This document shows, piece after piece, positions 1-17,128 of a DNA stretch of 64,000 bases. The stretch's first letter is position 1. Every line of letters begins with the position of its first letter. A model generated the notes under the pieces. It did not search any database and was not told where the DNA came from. It saw only the letters and a list, made by a program, of their open reading frames with translations. This DNA comes from Pocillopora damicornis (taxonomy: Eukaryota). The stretch spans positions 1,426,001 to 1,490,000 of the forward strand of contig NW_020845264.1 in NCBI RefSeq assembly GCF_003704095.1. Reading direction: 5' to 3'. The position numbers were made by a program, and so were the translations under genes.

Positions 1-786
1 CGAGTTCATATTTTGCAGCCTATTTCAATATTCTCTTTCTTAGCCACACTTATTCATCCTTGGTTCATTATTCATACTTCTCTTGGGTGTTTTTTTCTGT
101 TTTGCTGAACAAATATTTTATGGTCTCCTTCATGTTACTCAGTACTGATTTCAATTTTGAAATTGCTGATTTAATGAAATTTTCAAAGCTTTCTCTTCTG
201 CTGATCTATTCGGAAAGGATCTGTTTCTTTAATGGTATCGATCAATTTGCATTTACCGATTTGATAGATAAACTAGAGATGTAGATGAACTGGCCTGCAA
301 ATCGAACTGTACCGCGCAGAATGTATAATAATATACCGGTCCGCGAGGGCGCTTTTCAGAAAAAAGCCTGACTTCTTATTTTACATGCCAAAATTTGAAC
401 AGAAAAACTTCGTGGATCTTTTGAAATAATGATAGATTTTACAACTGGAATAATCAGTTCCAAATTTAACGAGAGACCATTGCGTCAAATGTTTTGACTC
501 CAGAATTAATCACTGTATTTTTAAAGACATTTTATACGAGTTTTATTTTCACTCACCAAGTCACAAATTATAGAAATCCGGGCAAAAAAAAGGAAAAAAC
601 AAGAGGATTTCAACCTTTTTCGAAGAAACCGAGCAAATGGCTTTTCGGATAGCTTTTGTTTTTTCGTCGGAGTAGCAAATTGTATTTAAAATTATTTAAA
701 TCATGGTTTGACATCTTTGCTAAGCTTTAGCTAATAAGGTCCCGAATTTGCATATGCTGGTGTACGCATGTGTGATCTGAAGCCAT

Positions 787-1824
787 ATGTTTTATAATTT
801 GAATTGGAGAAAAACTATACACGAAAAATTTGCGGACCTTAGCGATCGATCAAAAAAAATGCTTCGACCCGATAATCTCGGATTAAATTTGGAAATTCAT
901 CCCGATGCTTTGGTGATGAATCAAGCGAGCAGAGCCGGTAAGACACCTGAAGAAAGCCGAATTTTGAAGGCAAAAGATTACAAACTACCCGTGTTTACCA
1001 GATATCGCGAGGGTACCTGCAAAGACGTTTTTTATTTCGTTCAAGTTGTGGCTCCAAAGTTCGGCCACGACGCACATCCCGAAGAAAGCTGTGATGCGGA
1101 GAAACGCCTTTTAGAAAAAGTCATAAATGCTCTTAACGACATGAGACCTAAACCGAGATTTTTACTCGTACATGGAAATTACACGAATGCATCACCAAAC
1201 GATAAAGAATATTTCCCGCAGATAGAGAGTTTTAAGTCAGCATTTGAAAATTTAAGCGCGGAGATTCCTGTCGTGTGTGTTTGTGGCCCAACAGACTGCG
1301 GTAATCCACTGACATTGGACGGCGTCGATGCGTATCGGAATACTTTTGGCGATGACTGGTTTGCCTTCTGGGTTGAAGGAGTTCAGTTTTTAGCCATGAA
1401 TACCAGTTATTACAAAGACGTGAACGCCGATATGGAGAGTTTTAAAACAGATCAACAGGAATGGCTTGAATCAAAGCTGTTGGAAGCACAAGTAAACCCG
1501 CCAAAACAAATCGTTCTTTTGCAAACCACTCCATGGTTTCGCAAATCTATAGATGAGGAGAGCAATGCAGACAACATTGATTTAAACACGCGCCAAGAAA
1601 TCGTTCCTAAACTCATAGAAGCCAACGTGAAATACGTTTTCACTGGTAATTTGAATGGCTTCGGGAAGGACAAGGAATTACATATAGTTCAAACAAGTTC
1701 TTTAAGAAAAACAAATGAGGTGGAAAATCTAGGTTTTCGTGTTGTCAAAGTCGAACATGAGGGAGTTGTACATAAATTTTTTTCTTTGGACAACTCCCCA
1801 ACAGATCTAAATTTAGAATTTTAA
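787..1824 (+). CDS. Calcineurin-like phosphoesterase domain protein, CPPED1-like, probably catalytically inactive; single exon, 345 aa
   Basis: ORF aligns by eye to the CPPED1 layout: FYFVQVVAPKFG, PKPRFLLVHGN, IPVVCVCGPTDCGN, Y-x2-FGDDWFAFWVEGVQFLAMNTSYY, QQEWLE, VKYVFTG, GFRVVKV. The metal-ligand motifs are altered (see findings). Confidence 0.8.
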   Translation: MFYNLNWRKTIHEKFADLSDRSKKMLRPDNLGLNLEIHPDALVMNQASRAGKTPEESRILKAKDYKLPVFTRYREGTCKDVFYFVQVVAPKFGHDAHPEESCDAEKRLLEKVINALNDMRPKPRFLLVHGNYTNASPNDKEYFPQIESFKSAFENLSAEIPVVCVCGPTDCGNPLTLDGVDAYRNTFGDDWFAFWVEGVQFLAMNTSYYKDVNADMESFKTDQQEWLESKLLEAQVNPPKQIVLLQTTPWFRKSIDEESNADNIDLNTRQEIVPKLIEANVKYVFTGNLNGFGKDKELHIVQTSSLRKTNEVENLGFRVVKVEHEGVVHKFFSLDNSPTDLNLEF

Positions 1825-2081
1825 TAACTATTGCTTTTTGCAGCTGCAACCGCATTCAGATTGCGATGTAATCCGATAACTCAAAAGTTAGAGGCTAGAA
1901 TCAGGTTCTAAAAGAATTTCACAACCACTAACTTTGTCCACTAGAGAGAGAAGAATATTTCAGACACTTTTATTATATTCATTCTGCTGGCCTAAAGCGA
2001 TTAATCAATGAAAAGAAGCATTTCAAAGGAAAGAGCATCAGAAGTCAAATATTTGCTGCGGGTCACATACAGGTATCGAAT

Positions 2082-2084
<3 letters not shown>

Positions 2085-2116
<32 letters not shown>
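2085..2116. repeat. (TA)n microsatellite
   Basis: About 16 uninterrupted AT dinucleotide units. Confidence 0.95.
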
Positions 2117-2118
<2 letters not shown>

Positions 2119-2721
2119 CACTTGTTTGCACGCATTCTTCATTGTGTTTCTTCAAGGCAATATTAGACTGCGATTTTCGGTTTTTACTTAATTGAGGTTG
2201 TATGTAGAAAAGTGTTTATAATCTTAAACAAAGCATTTTCCTCGTGGCAAATAGAATATTTATGAATTTAATTCGCTGTCATCAAATTCGTAATTTAGCA
2301 TCAAGTTGGAAATCTCTAATTTCTTTCAATACCACAAGACAATTACCGATCTGAAATGAAATATACGGCTTTCACCGAGCCTTTCTGTCGTCGGAACTCA
2401 GAATATTAAAGGAAATGATTTGAACTAAGAATTCGTTCAGAAAGCATCCGTTTCGGAGGTATTGTTCCATTTCATTTCCATCCAGTATAAATATTCTTAC
2501 TTGGTCAAGGCACTTCTTTGTCGAATTTGTTCCGCAATTTGAAGACGAAAAGAGAAGACATATCTTTAAGCCAACGAAACTCGAGGAAATGCCACAAGTA
2601 TTTTGGTTAATTTAGCCGGGAGAGTACGGAATAAACGAAATCTTACAAAAGGATACGAAAATTGATTATTTACTAGCAAAGGTATGCTTTTGCTAGAGTC
2701 AGGTTTTCGTCCCTGAAAAAT

Positions 2722-2940
2722 TAGAGCGTTTATCGATGAAAGGAAAATACTTTTACGAGCCAGTGAGAATCGAAGTAAAAGCAACGAAACTGCCCAACGC
2801 GCGAGCGACCAAGCCGTGATTGGTGTTAGTTTTGAATCTGACTGGTTGAGAGATTGGCACGAGTTTCCTGTACCAATAACAGAGCGAAGCAAAATCGAAG
2901 CATTCTAGGTTTATTTTCGACGCTCAATGGCAAATTGCTT
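2722..2940. repeat. Degenerate interspersed repeat (MITE-like); related copies at about 34822-34930 and 59325-59587 in the opposite orientation
   Basis: Shared motifs TTTGCTTTACTTCG..CTGTGATTGG (here as the reverse complement CCAATAACAGAGCGAAGCAAAA) and AGAGCG...CTCAATTG-type ends. Confidence 0.5.
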
Positions 2941-4111
2941 CGTCATCCAATCTTGAATTACCAAGTACCAGTAATTCAGACAAAGCAACAAAACTTTTCT
3001 CCTTCCCAATCAATAGTTTCGTTTCTTGTCTTAACGCCGGATAAGAAAGGGAACGTCAGGGCATTCCATTTATCGGAAGTAAAATGGCTCTTGAGAGGTA
3101 ATTTCTGCTGGAAGCAGCTCATTCTTGTAGTTTCCGGAAATTGCGGTGGTTTAATTCGGAAAAAGAATTTACCAGATTTTTTGTTCACTTAGCTCCCTAT
3201 GGATTCCCTTGACATTTTTTGGCATTACCTTTTTTTTCATTTCCTTTTGTAACTCTACGTTGAAAACTGAATTTGTGCCCCAGGGAAAGAAAACGCGTTG
3301 TGTGACAAGATCAAACAACAGCTGCAACTTGAAAGATGCAACCCTCTTCTCATTGTCCAAATGTTGAGGACCACTCCTTCTCTAGAACATATTTGAACAT
3401 TTTCTAGTGTTTCACATTGTTTCCTTCGCTGTATCTTTTTCCCAATACTGGTAACAAGTTTTAAACTTATTTTTCTACAGTATTGTTAGGTCATGATCTT
3501 CAGGGTTATCGTCCATGTTTTTCTCCTTTACCTGCCTGTTTTCTTGAGTTATTTGGTTTATTTTTCATATTCACACAATATTTTAAACCAAAATCAGAAG
3601 GGTAAATCCGTAAGATTTACAGCAATGCAAAACGCAAAAATCATCATTTGACCGAAAAAATACAATACCATATGTAGCGACGAGGAAAAATCAATACACA
3701 CAAAATGGACAGACAGAATAGCCTCCTCAGATTTAACTTTCAGCAAGGTTTAAAGACAATTAAATCAATTCCTTTCCTAGGCTTAAATTGTTTGCCTATC
3801 AAATCTGACCCTAAAGCCAACAGGGTAAATAAGGGGAAAAAACAACTCAGGTTATGGTAGTAAGTGGATACAGAAGGCAAAGGGGGGAGGGGGTAAGGTG
3901 GTATGAAACTAGCTAAGACTCAAAGTACCCACCATCCCCATGATAAAACTAATTCACTTTTTCCTTTTCCACAGCTTCGTTTTCACAAGAAAAGTTTTGC
4001 AAAGTTTAATCATATACTTGAAAACAAAGGGTAGCAAAATACTAACTTCAAAATACTAATCCAAAGTTACAGCCTTGTAATGTTCTGAATTTTTTTCGGT
4101 AGCAACGTTGT

Positions 4112-4729
4112 CTAGTCCATTCTAGCTTTCAGTGTCCGTGTTGTAACCTTATCTTTCTCTATCACATGAACAATGCCACCCCAACCACTGACAGCATCTC
4201 GATCCACAGCATTCATTAAGGCTTGGGAGATGGTTTCGAACAGATCATCGGGTTCGAGATCTGGTTCCCACAGAGACTCGCACATTCCATACATCTGCTC
4301 CGAGCAAGTGCCACTCACCACAAAATCTTTCGTCTCCATCGGACATCCGATCAGATCTAACGCCGCGATGTACGGCTCGTTGGTCTTCGGGTCTAACCCG
4401 GCAATCACCGGTTCCACAAAGTAAGGCCCGAATCTCCTTTCGTAGAGCAAGTTTGACACCATGCTCATGAAAGTTTTGGGCTTGATCTGACGAGTTTCTC
4501 GCAGTTCGTACAGGTTCTTGCGAAAAGTGAGCCGGTTTGACACGGTTTGCACGTCCGTCGCCAGCCCAGGAAGACCCAGAAAAAGCTTGTCACCCATTTG
4601 AAAGATTTTTTGAAAATCGCAAGACAAAGTTTGAGCTTGAATTCCTAAACGTCGATCTGCCGCAATTGCAACGCAATCTTTGCCAACCATAGCTATGATG
4701 GCGGCACCATTGTATTCCATAATAGACAT
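4112..4729 (-). CDS. PSMB3: Proteasome subunit beta type-3; intronless, 205 aa
   Basis: [31 protein letters not shown]...GLATDVQT...[19 protein letters not shown]...DRDAVSGWG...RTLKARMD matches the conserved beta-3 sequence and its canonical length. Confidence 0.98.
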   Translation of the reverse strand: MSIMEYNGAAIIAMVGKDCVAIAADRRLGIQAQTLSCDFQKIFQMGDKLFLGLPGLATDVQTVSNRLTFRKNLYELRETRQIKPKTFMSMVSNLLYERRFGPYFVEPVIAGLDPKTNEPYIAALDLIGCPMETKDFVVSGTCSEQMYGMCESLWEPDLEPDDLFETISQALMNAVDRDAVSGWGGIVHVIEKDKVTTRTLKARMD

Positions 4730-5015
4730 GTTGAAGTTTCCGTAGGTATATCTTTAAATTGTCGAACTTTCTCTTCTAAAAAAAGTCTTTTGTAGCTAGA
4801 GCACACCACCGTGATCAAGATGGCGGCTGCTGACTAATTGAAGCGGTTACCAAGGTTCAATTGAGCGGCTACTAAGTATTTTTAAAATGCTGACGCATTC
4901 TGGGAACGAATCTGGGTGTCTGTAATCGACAAAAATACCAGAAGAATCACGAAGATTGTGATTTGCAAATGACGTTAAATTTTATAGACATTCGAGTTGA
5001 ACTGAACTAGAAATC
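4730..5015. promoter_or_regulatory. Short bidirectional promoter region between PSMB3 and TMEM50, with a YY1-type motif CAAGATGGCGGC at 4816-4827
   Basis: The two divergent start codons are under 300 bp apart; CpG is retained; there is an exact match to the YY1 consensus. Confidence 0.6.
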
Positions 5016-9642
<4,627 letters not shown>

Positions 9643-10759
9643 AATTTTATGTACTCATCTATTGCACATCTACATTACCAGAGGCTGTAGAGCAAAAAAA
9701 AACCATCAGCAGATTTTTGGATACTTATTTAAATTTTGTATATAATTTTTTTAAGAAACTGTTAGGAGGTTTACTACATATCCCAACTAGGGGCTCCCTG
9801 TGAACTCAGTGGGATAGGGAAAGGATATTTGTGTGAAGAAAAATTATTATAAATTGTATTGCTGGCAGATTAAGAAAACTGTGAACACCTTAACTATTTT
9901 ACAGAACTGTGCTAAGTTTGTGGAGAGATTAACACAAAACAATTAACTAATCATGATCACTGCTGCCCACAGTTCATTTACATGTATCTCATATCATAAC
10001 TGTTTTCTTCCTATCTGGAAGTATTTCTGGTACATTCAGTTTTTGGAAGTTTGTCAGTAACTGAGTTGATTGGTTGAATTATGCTAAAAGGTGTCACCAA
10101 TGATTTGTTCCATTTAATGAATAACAAAAAAACCAAAGGCAGATATGTATTAACTGTCTTAAATTCTAAAAAATGGTGAAATACTGAGTTATTTTGGTGT
10201 GTTTATTAGCCATGTTGCATAGAATGATAGCTGAGCTTGCTGCTGTAGTTAGTTTCCAGTTAATGTAATTTTCAGAAGGAACACAATAAGTAAGTTTTGT
10301 TATGTTCAACTTAGGAGTTAAAAGGTCCTAACTGTTGCATGATCCCTTGCTATTGTCTGTCTAACAACTTATGGTGTTTAAATCTCTTTTTGCTGGAAAA
10401 AAATTGGCTTTTTAAGCCACAATATTAACAAAAATTATTGTTGAAACAAACCTGTTCATATTTTGCTTTGAATTATGAATATCTAACAAGCTCTTTTCTC
10501 ACAATGTGTAGGTAATCATCATTATTAAAATATAAATTGATTCTGCTTCAATTGTGATTTTAATAAAATTGAAATGATTGTGTAAATACATTGTTTTGCT
10601 GTAAGGTATCCATTCTACATTCCACAGCAAGTCATCCTTTTAAGGCAACAAAACTATATTGCTGGGACAAGCATTTTCAAGTAAATTCACCATGCACATG
10701 AATCAAACTGTTGCTGTGATTCTCAGCAACTTGTTGCCTAAGTGTGTCTCAGCTTTGGT

Positions 10760-13700
10760 TTAAACACTTGGTGGAAACCAGCGATAAACTTTGACGATGC
10801 CGTCGTCCCCTGCAGCTGCAAGACAGGGACCTTGACCATCATCATCAATTGAAACAGCATTGACTGCAGATTTATTTACTTGAAGCACACAGTGGATCTT
10901 GTTAAACTGAAATGTAAATAAATATATAAAATGACCATTTGTCAAGCATCTTGGGACCTCATATTTGAAGAGCCATTAAACAAACTGAAATTTTGGGGTT
11001 TTTGTCAACTGTTTTTTAACTATTTAACTCTTAAGCTCCCAAGATCAGATTGTTAATTCTCTCATGTGGCTAATACCCATTTCCTTGTAAATTAGTTACG
11101 TGAATTTGGTGTTCGACCATTGGCAACTTTTACCTGATAAGTTTAAGTATTCTCATTACCTGTTTGCTTGATATTGTATGGATACTGTAGGTAGAAGTTG
11201 CGTGTTAATCACTTCAGGGAGTTAATGGGTTAATAATTATTATCCAAAATTTGATTTGTGATCATCTCTTGATGCTGCCTTACTTTTCCCTAAAAATTAG
11301 TTGAGAGAAATATTGAGGTAACCCTCTCACTGATAAGCTTGTTTATTCTCACTGTCAGTTAACCTTTTAACTCCCAGATCAAATTTGTAATTCTCCTTAC
11401 TGCTAACCATACAATTCTTATAATGTTAGTTCAGAGAATTTAGTATTGGATCAACTAACTATCCCCAAATAGCTATTTTTCTTTATCCTCATTACTTATC
11501 TGGTTGATAGTGCATTGATATTGTAAGGAGAAATTATGTCTTGGTCACTCATTGGAGTTAAAGGGTTAAGTGAATTATATGTGTCCAGATATTTTGGGGA
11601 GAATTTAAAAGCTGCTTCCTTCTGGGTTAAGTAATAATATGTAAATGTACCTGATTCCCCCATTTGCCGTTGAGGTGGTAGACATACACAGCTCCAGTAG
11701 AACTGGTTCCTACAGTGACCAAGGCTCCATGCATGGCCAAACATGTTCCACGTACAACACCAGTAGAACATGGACCAATCACTGGAAAGTTGTTCAAGAT
11801 GCTGTTGTTCGAGTTACTTTCCCTAGGGAGAATAAGTGTACTCAAACAATGAAAAGATATTGAATTATAAAAGAGGGGTTGTGCATGTGGATGGCTGCCC
11901 TCCCCTCCCCTCCCCTCCTCTTTCTCTTCCTCTCCCTCCCCTCCCTGACCAGACCTAAGGTTAGCCTTGTCAATAATCAACTTAGTGGACTTAGTCCATG
12001 GACCATTTCTGTTAACCACTTCTGTTTGTCTTTCATTTTAGTGTGAGCCAGCTTAACTTGATTGAGATTTGAATTCATGAGAGACTCCTAACAGTCTGAG
12101 CTACCATCTGCCATTATTTCCTTGTTCTTTCAATTTTTATCCTCAAACAGGTTCCAAAATGAACCAAAGTAAAGACTTGGGGGCAATGAAAAGGAACCTC
12201 AGCTTAATAAATTTGGTCGCTTTAGGAAATCTGGGAAGTAAATGTGTGCAGTAATGAAGGTTGCTGGTGCTGGTGGAACTGTATGGCTGTCTTCAATATT
12301 GCACTAGGAGATACATACCAAAAATAGAGACCATTAAGAGCGGTTAGAACAAGCACATTCTGCCCTCTAAGGACAGCACCATGAACTCTGGGTAGCAAAG
12401 GGTTGGATGCTTTTAGTCTAATAGATGACAATATTTGTTGATCTGCAATGGACCTGTAAAATAAATTTAGGAAAATGATGATTGTACATTGATATTTAGA
12501 ATAGGATGATGTTTGTGAATTATTGATAAATCATAATATTAACAATAATTTATGGAATAAAAACTATTTAATGAATCTCCCAATCAGGGCTTTTAAGATG
12601 CAATGTACATTATAGTAAAAGCTATCAATAAATTAATCTGAGACTCCTAATTAACAATTGTGTTTCAAAGAAAGAATTCTCTTGTGTTCTTATCACCTCC
12701 CAGATCTCATTAATACTTCTCCTCACTGTCTGCCATACAATTATGATGTTACCTTTAAGAATTTGGTATCAGATCAACCAATAATCCCTATTATTGACAT
12801 CTTTTTTATTCTCATCACTTGTCTTCTTGATATTGTATTGATATTGTAAGGAGAAATTCTGTCCTGGTCACTGATGGGAGTTACAGGGTTAACTACTTCA
12901 TTGAGAAACTTCAAATGGGTTGAAAACAAAGAGGAACTTCATCCACATATTATATAGTACACCTGATATTATACTTCATGGAAAGGCTATTTAAAAAGTC
13001 AATCTATTATGAGCTGCAGAAAGTATAGGGAGATGGCAAAAAATATAAGTTACTTCTGAAGAAAACTGTATCATAAATCAAAGCAACTTCTATACAGCTC
13101 TGTACCCTGAATTGCATCAACTTAGGAAGGATGCAAATTAATCTGTATATATATGTCATAAGCTATCACTTACGACAAAGCCAGCTTGCCATTTACTGTG
13201 ACATATAGCAGAGTATCAGATCCCCAAAGTCTTGTGTGTTCCACCCAGTCACCTAAATTACTCAGTGTGTAATAACAAGTACAATCACCCTGGAGATAAA
13301 AAACAAAAAGTTCTCAGTTTATCCTTTAGAAAAATATTACATTTAATGTGGTACAGATAATGTTGTTGCAATCCAGTAGAGGTAAGGGGACCTGATTTTT
13401 GATCTCAGGAGGTCACACTCTAATCACACTGTGCTTGATAAAATGCTCATTGAACTCTCTCTCATGTATGATGTCTCTTGTGGGATTTCAAAGGACTCAA
13501 TTTCAGCAAATAATTAATGAGGTCAGTCAAGGTTCTGATAAACCAAAAAAATAACAACAACTGTACAAACAGTTAACTAAACTGTGCTAATGCGCCATAT
13601 CCTAACAGAACAGTCCTCTGAAGCAGAGGCCAAAAATGAGTTGTCTCCAAAACTGACGCAGTTGATGGGACCATTGTGGCCATGACAGGTTGCTACAGCA

Positions 13701-15940
13701 ACACCAGACCCTTCCTTCATGTTCCAGATTTTAACTGAGCAGTCTCTGGAGCCTGATGCAAGAAGATCATGGGGGGTATCTAAGGGATTTTTCCATAGAC
13801 CTATAGAAAAGCAATACATTGTCATCATTATGATCGTTATCTTCATCATTATGATCGTTATCTTCATTATCATCTGCAGCGTCATGGGTCTCCTGTGATA
13901 TAAGGCTCAGAAATGCATTTGATACTGTCTGTTCAGGATCACACCCTTGGGCCACTGTTTAAAAAATGGTTGTCAAGAAAAGTCATGCATGACACCTACA
14001 CATGATATTCAAGAAATGCACAGATTATTATTAACATTTATTTACAGAATTAGTGGAAAATAGGAGTTTTTTTTAAACCAATCACAATCAAGGAAATTGT
14101 AATTTTTATGATTAATACTGTTATCAATCATTATGACTATTGTTAATATGATAATTTGTTACTATTTAATTAACGATTGAACGTCAGTTAGTAACTTTAT
14201 TCGTGAATTTATTTACATCATTGCAACCAATGACTCAATTGCTTTTGATAATTGACAGGGGCCCATAACCTTGAAGCAAGCCTACCTGATGATGCTTTTA
14301 CCTAAAACTAATCCACCACATTTCTATGGTATACTAAACAAGGAAATTATTCAAACCTGGTGTTTGCCTCAAGGATATGGAGGTTACAGAATCACGATGG
14401 CCTCTGAGAACCATGACACAACATCCTGTCCACCCGTCCCAAATACAAATGACACCATCAACACCACAAGTCACAACTCTGTCCCCAGAGAATTTCACAT
14501 CCAGGACTTGGCCTACAAATTCAAGAAAACATTTATCAATAAGCTAAATAGTAAAACAAGAGAGAAAGAATTCTACCATCATTCTGCAAGCAAAAGAAGA
14601 CTTGCAACTTAACGTTGGTCAATTCATTCAGTAACATTCCTATCCCATCCTTAGTCTATCGTTAGCTGAAAAGAACCCAGGTGCATTAGCCCTTCAACCC
14701 CTTTGATTGTTAACAAATTCTCCTTTTCAGAACCTTAAGAAATTTATAGAGAAAGTATGGAGAATATGCATATTGATCTTAAGGTGTAAAGGGTTAATGC
14801 CACTACTGCAGTTGTAAGCAGCAGTTCCCTTAAGAACGCTGACACAATGATCCAGCCAAATTTGAAACCAGACCTCTCAAAAACAGAATCCAGCGAGAAG
14901 TGAGACTATTCAACAGGTTACAGCTGAGACAGTATTTGTTCTGGTTAGTTTCACCATTGACCATTTCTTGTTCCACTGCTCAACACTATGCGATTATCTA
15001 CCATTGTTTGAAAGTCCCTCTGTTGTGTTAATTATCACATTCACCATGCTTCCTTCACTGAAACATTGGCAAGGGTGGGTCCCACATACTGGGCCTTGTT
15101 AGAGGAACACCCCTGATTTGGTCCAAGGCTGCCTTCTTCATATTCACAGCTAACCTCTGCAAGGTCACTCTGCAAACTGTCACCTGAGGACCCACTCAGC
15201 AAGAGTTGTTACTTTTTCCCAGCTGATCCAGCTGTTTTCAAAGTACAGCAGATACATGCATGATTTTTTTCCTTTCTTAGCATACATTTCCCGTGGCAGA
15301 ATTGCCTTTGCATGCATAAGATCTAGTCGAATTCTGCCATACTCTGCAGACTGGCTGCAGAGACAGGATATATGTTTGCAGTTATGGTTTCTGTCATAAG
15401 AAGTGACTAAGAAAATTACTACTCTTAGCTTCTTTGATGGGCTTCTAATTCATCACAGCAAACCCCAGGCATTTCTCTACACTAGCTGAAACTATGCTTA
15501 CGGTCTTTTAAGCCCGTAAGCAAAGTCTCAAAGAAGCATAATTATCAAGCTAAAAATGCCGCCGGCAAACACGTCTAACCTGAATGTCCTTCGAGTTCAG
15601 TTATCATACAAGGCCATTTTCCAATATGACGGCTTCTGAACCACCTTCGATAAATGGCCTTCCAATCGATGTTGTAGGTTTTCTGATAGCCTTCCTCACC
15701 AGCAGTACTTGAATGTCCAAGATGGTTGTCTGAGAATATTGTTCTATCTCCAGTTATTTCTACAAGAACATTGTATCCAATATCATGAACACAAGCTTGT
15801 CTCCATAACTGTTTATATTTAGCCTGTGCGTGCAACGCTAGCCATGTGCGGCAGACTTGCCTTGATTTAGCCAAAGAAATCGCGTCTAAATGCTTCAGAA
15901 TTTCGTCTATAAGCTCCAAAGGTAGTTGAGAGAAGTTCAT
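10760..15940 (-). CDS. F-box/WD40-repeat protein; exons 15940-15580, 14512-14357, 13800-13583, 13289-13174, 12453-12319, 11822-11651, 10906-10760
   Basis: N-terminal F-box FSQLPLELIDEILKHLDAISLAKSRQVCRTW; WD40 repeats LEGHSGQVLDVKFSGDRVVTCGVDGVICIWD, LRGHRDSVTSI..LLASGSRDCSVKIWN, GHNGPINCVSF..LASASEDCSVRIWR, LAAAGDDGIVKVY. GT-AG junctions are in phase throughout. Confidence 0.88.
11028..11229. mobile_element. piggyBac-type MITE
   Basis: TTAA on both sides; internal sequence homologous to 6466-6673. Confidence 0.75.
11363..11565. mobile_element. piggyBac-type MITE
   Basis: TTAA|CCTTTTAACTCCC ... GGAGTTAAAGGG|TTAA. Confidence 0.85.
12696..12888. mobile_element. piggyBac-type MITE, left end eroded
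   Basis: Right end GGGAGTTACAGGG|TTAA; internal TTGATATTGTATTGATATTGTAAGGAGAAATT is shared with other copies. Confidence 0.75.
13820..13874. repeat. 21-bp tandem repeat (TCATCATTATGATCGTTATCT), about 2.5 copies, intronic
   Basis: Direct repetition visible in the sequence. Confidence 0.8.
14047..14209 (+). repeat. Near-identical direct copy of 17060-17222
   Basis: About 163 bp matching with only about two substitutions seen. Confidence 0.9.
14690..14793. mobile_element. Internally deleted piggyBac-type MITE, flanked by degenerate SINE-like sequence
   Basis: Right end GGAGAATATGCATATTGATCTTAAGGTGTAAAGGG|TTAA is the reverse complement of the left end of 7512-7715. Confidence 0.65.
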
Positions 15941-16176
15941 TAGGTAAATTGCCACACAAATTCTCGTGGGATGCGCTCTCTTCCAGACAGCCGCCTCAAC
16001 GACGGCATTCCAATGTGCAGTTAAAGAGGAATCAGTGGCTTGCAAATAACTAGTTATTTAAATTGAGACCGTCACCAATAACATCTTTCCTGTCAATTTG
16101 AAGAACCTTCCATAAGTGGTTGAAAATTCCACGAGAATGCAGAACCATTTTTGCGAAACAAATTACAATCACTCTG

Positions 16177-16276
16177 NNNNNNNNNNNNNNNNNNNNNNNN
16201 NNNNNNNNNNNNNNNNNNNNNNNNNNNNNNNNNNNNNNNNNNNNNNNNNNNNNNNNNNNNNNNNNNNNNNNNNNNN
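16177..16276. other. Assembly gap (100 N)
   Basis: Run of N. Confidence 1.
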
Positions 16277-16689
16277 ATCTCAAGACAATTTTACGACGGC
16301 ACCACCGAAGCGTAATTTAAATCAAAACAATATCAATCCGTGTTTTCTGCACATCATGAAAACTTTGAGGAAAATTTTTCACTTTGGAAAGATTGCAGTT
16401 TGAGAGAGGGCACTTTGAAAGAGAGCATTTAACCGTTTGAATCAGCCGCTTATGCCCAAAAGGGCCGTAAAATTTGCGTAGCAAGCAAGCCGCGGAAAAC
16501 AGCGGAATATCCTGAAACGCTGATTGGATGAAACAAAAGTCTCAGAAAAATGGAATTGCAATAAAATAAGAAAATTGTAATTTGGGGCAAAATTTATAAG
16601 CAAAACTTACAAAAGCATTGCTTGGTAATTATTGGAGCCTAGAGGATACGGGACCTGTAAGGCTTTCGAACTAACCCTTAAATCATTAT

Positions 16690-17128
16690 ATTAGTGATGG
16701 TAATAGGATTGGGTGGAGTCTAATTCGGTCTGTAATCATACTCGTGGTAACAAAATCACACGACCCCGCAGTGGGAGTCTGATTTGTTTATCACGAGTAG
16801 GACAGAATTGGAAAACACGTAGTCTTATTACCAATGAATCATAAAAATTACAATTCATATAGTCCGAGAAAAGGAGAATCACTAAGTTATGAAAGAAAGG
16901 GAAAATTTTCATTTAAAGTCTGACAAAGGCTTAAGTTGTTTAATGTCGCTCTGATGATTGAAATCGACGTTGTGATTGGTCGATTTAACCTACAACTTTG
17001 AATCTGATTGGCTTATTGAACTGTCCGATAACAAACTGTCCAATAACAACTTGGCAAGTGAATTAGTGGAAAATAGGAGTTTTTTTTAAACCAATCACAA
17101 TCAAGGAAATTGTAATTTTTATGATTAA
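16690..17128. mobile_element. Non-autonomous interspersed element with a terminal hairpin
   Basis: Inverted repeat CTCGTGGTAACAAAATC ... GATTTGTTTATCACGAG near the left end; CCAATCACAATC..TTATGATTA at the right end. Boundaries partly rely on my recollection of this repeat type. Confidence 0.55.

Noticed and set aside
4173-4424. Antisense ORF over PSMB3 (similarly 1452-1673, 20143-20337, 48989-49204)
   Set aside because: Shadow ORFs on the opposite strand of real coding exons, with no independent features.
14930-15450. Coding-looking stretch in F-box gene intron 1
   Set aside because: No sustained open frame or recognisable motif; possibly a decayed retroelement but not supportable.
15941-16045. 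N-terminal extension of the F-box ORF in the supplied track
   Set aside because: It starts at a non-ATG codon; the first ATG (15940) directly precedes the F-box.
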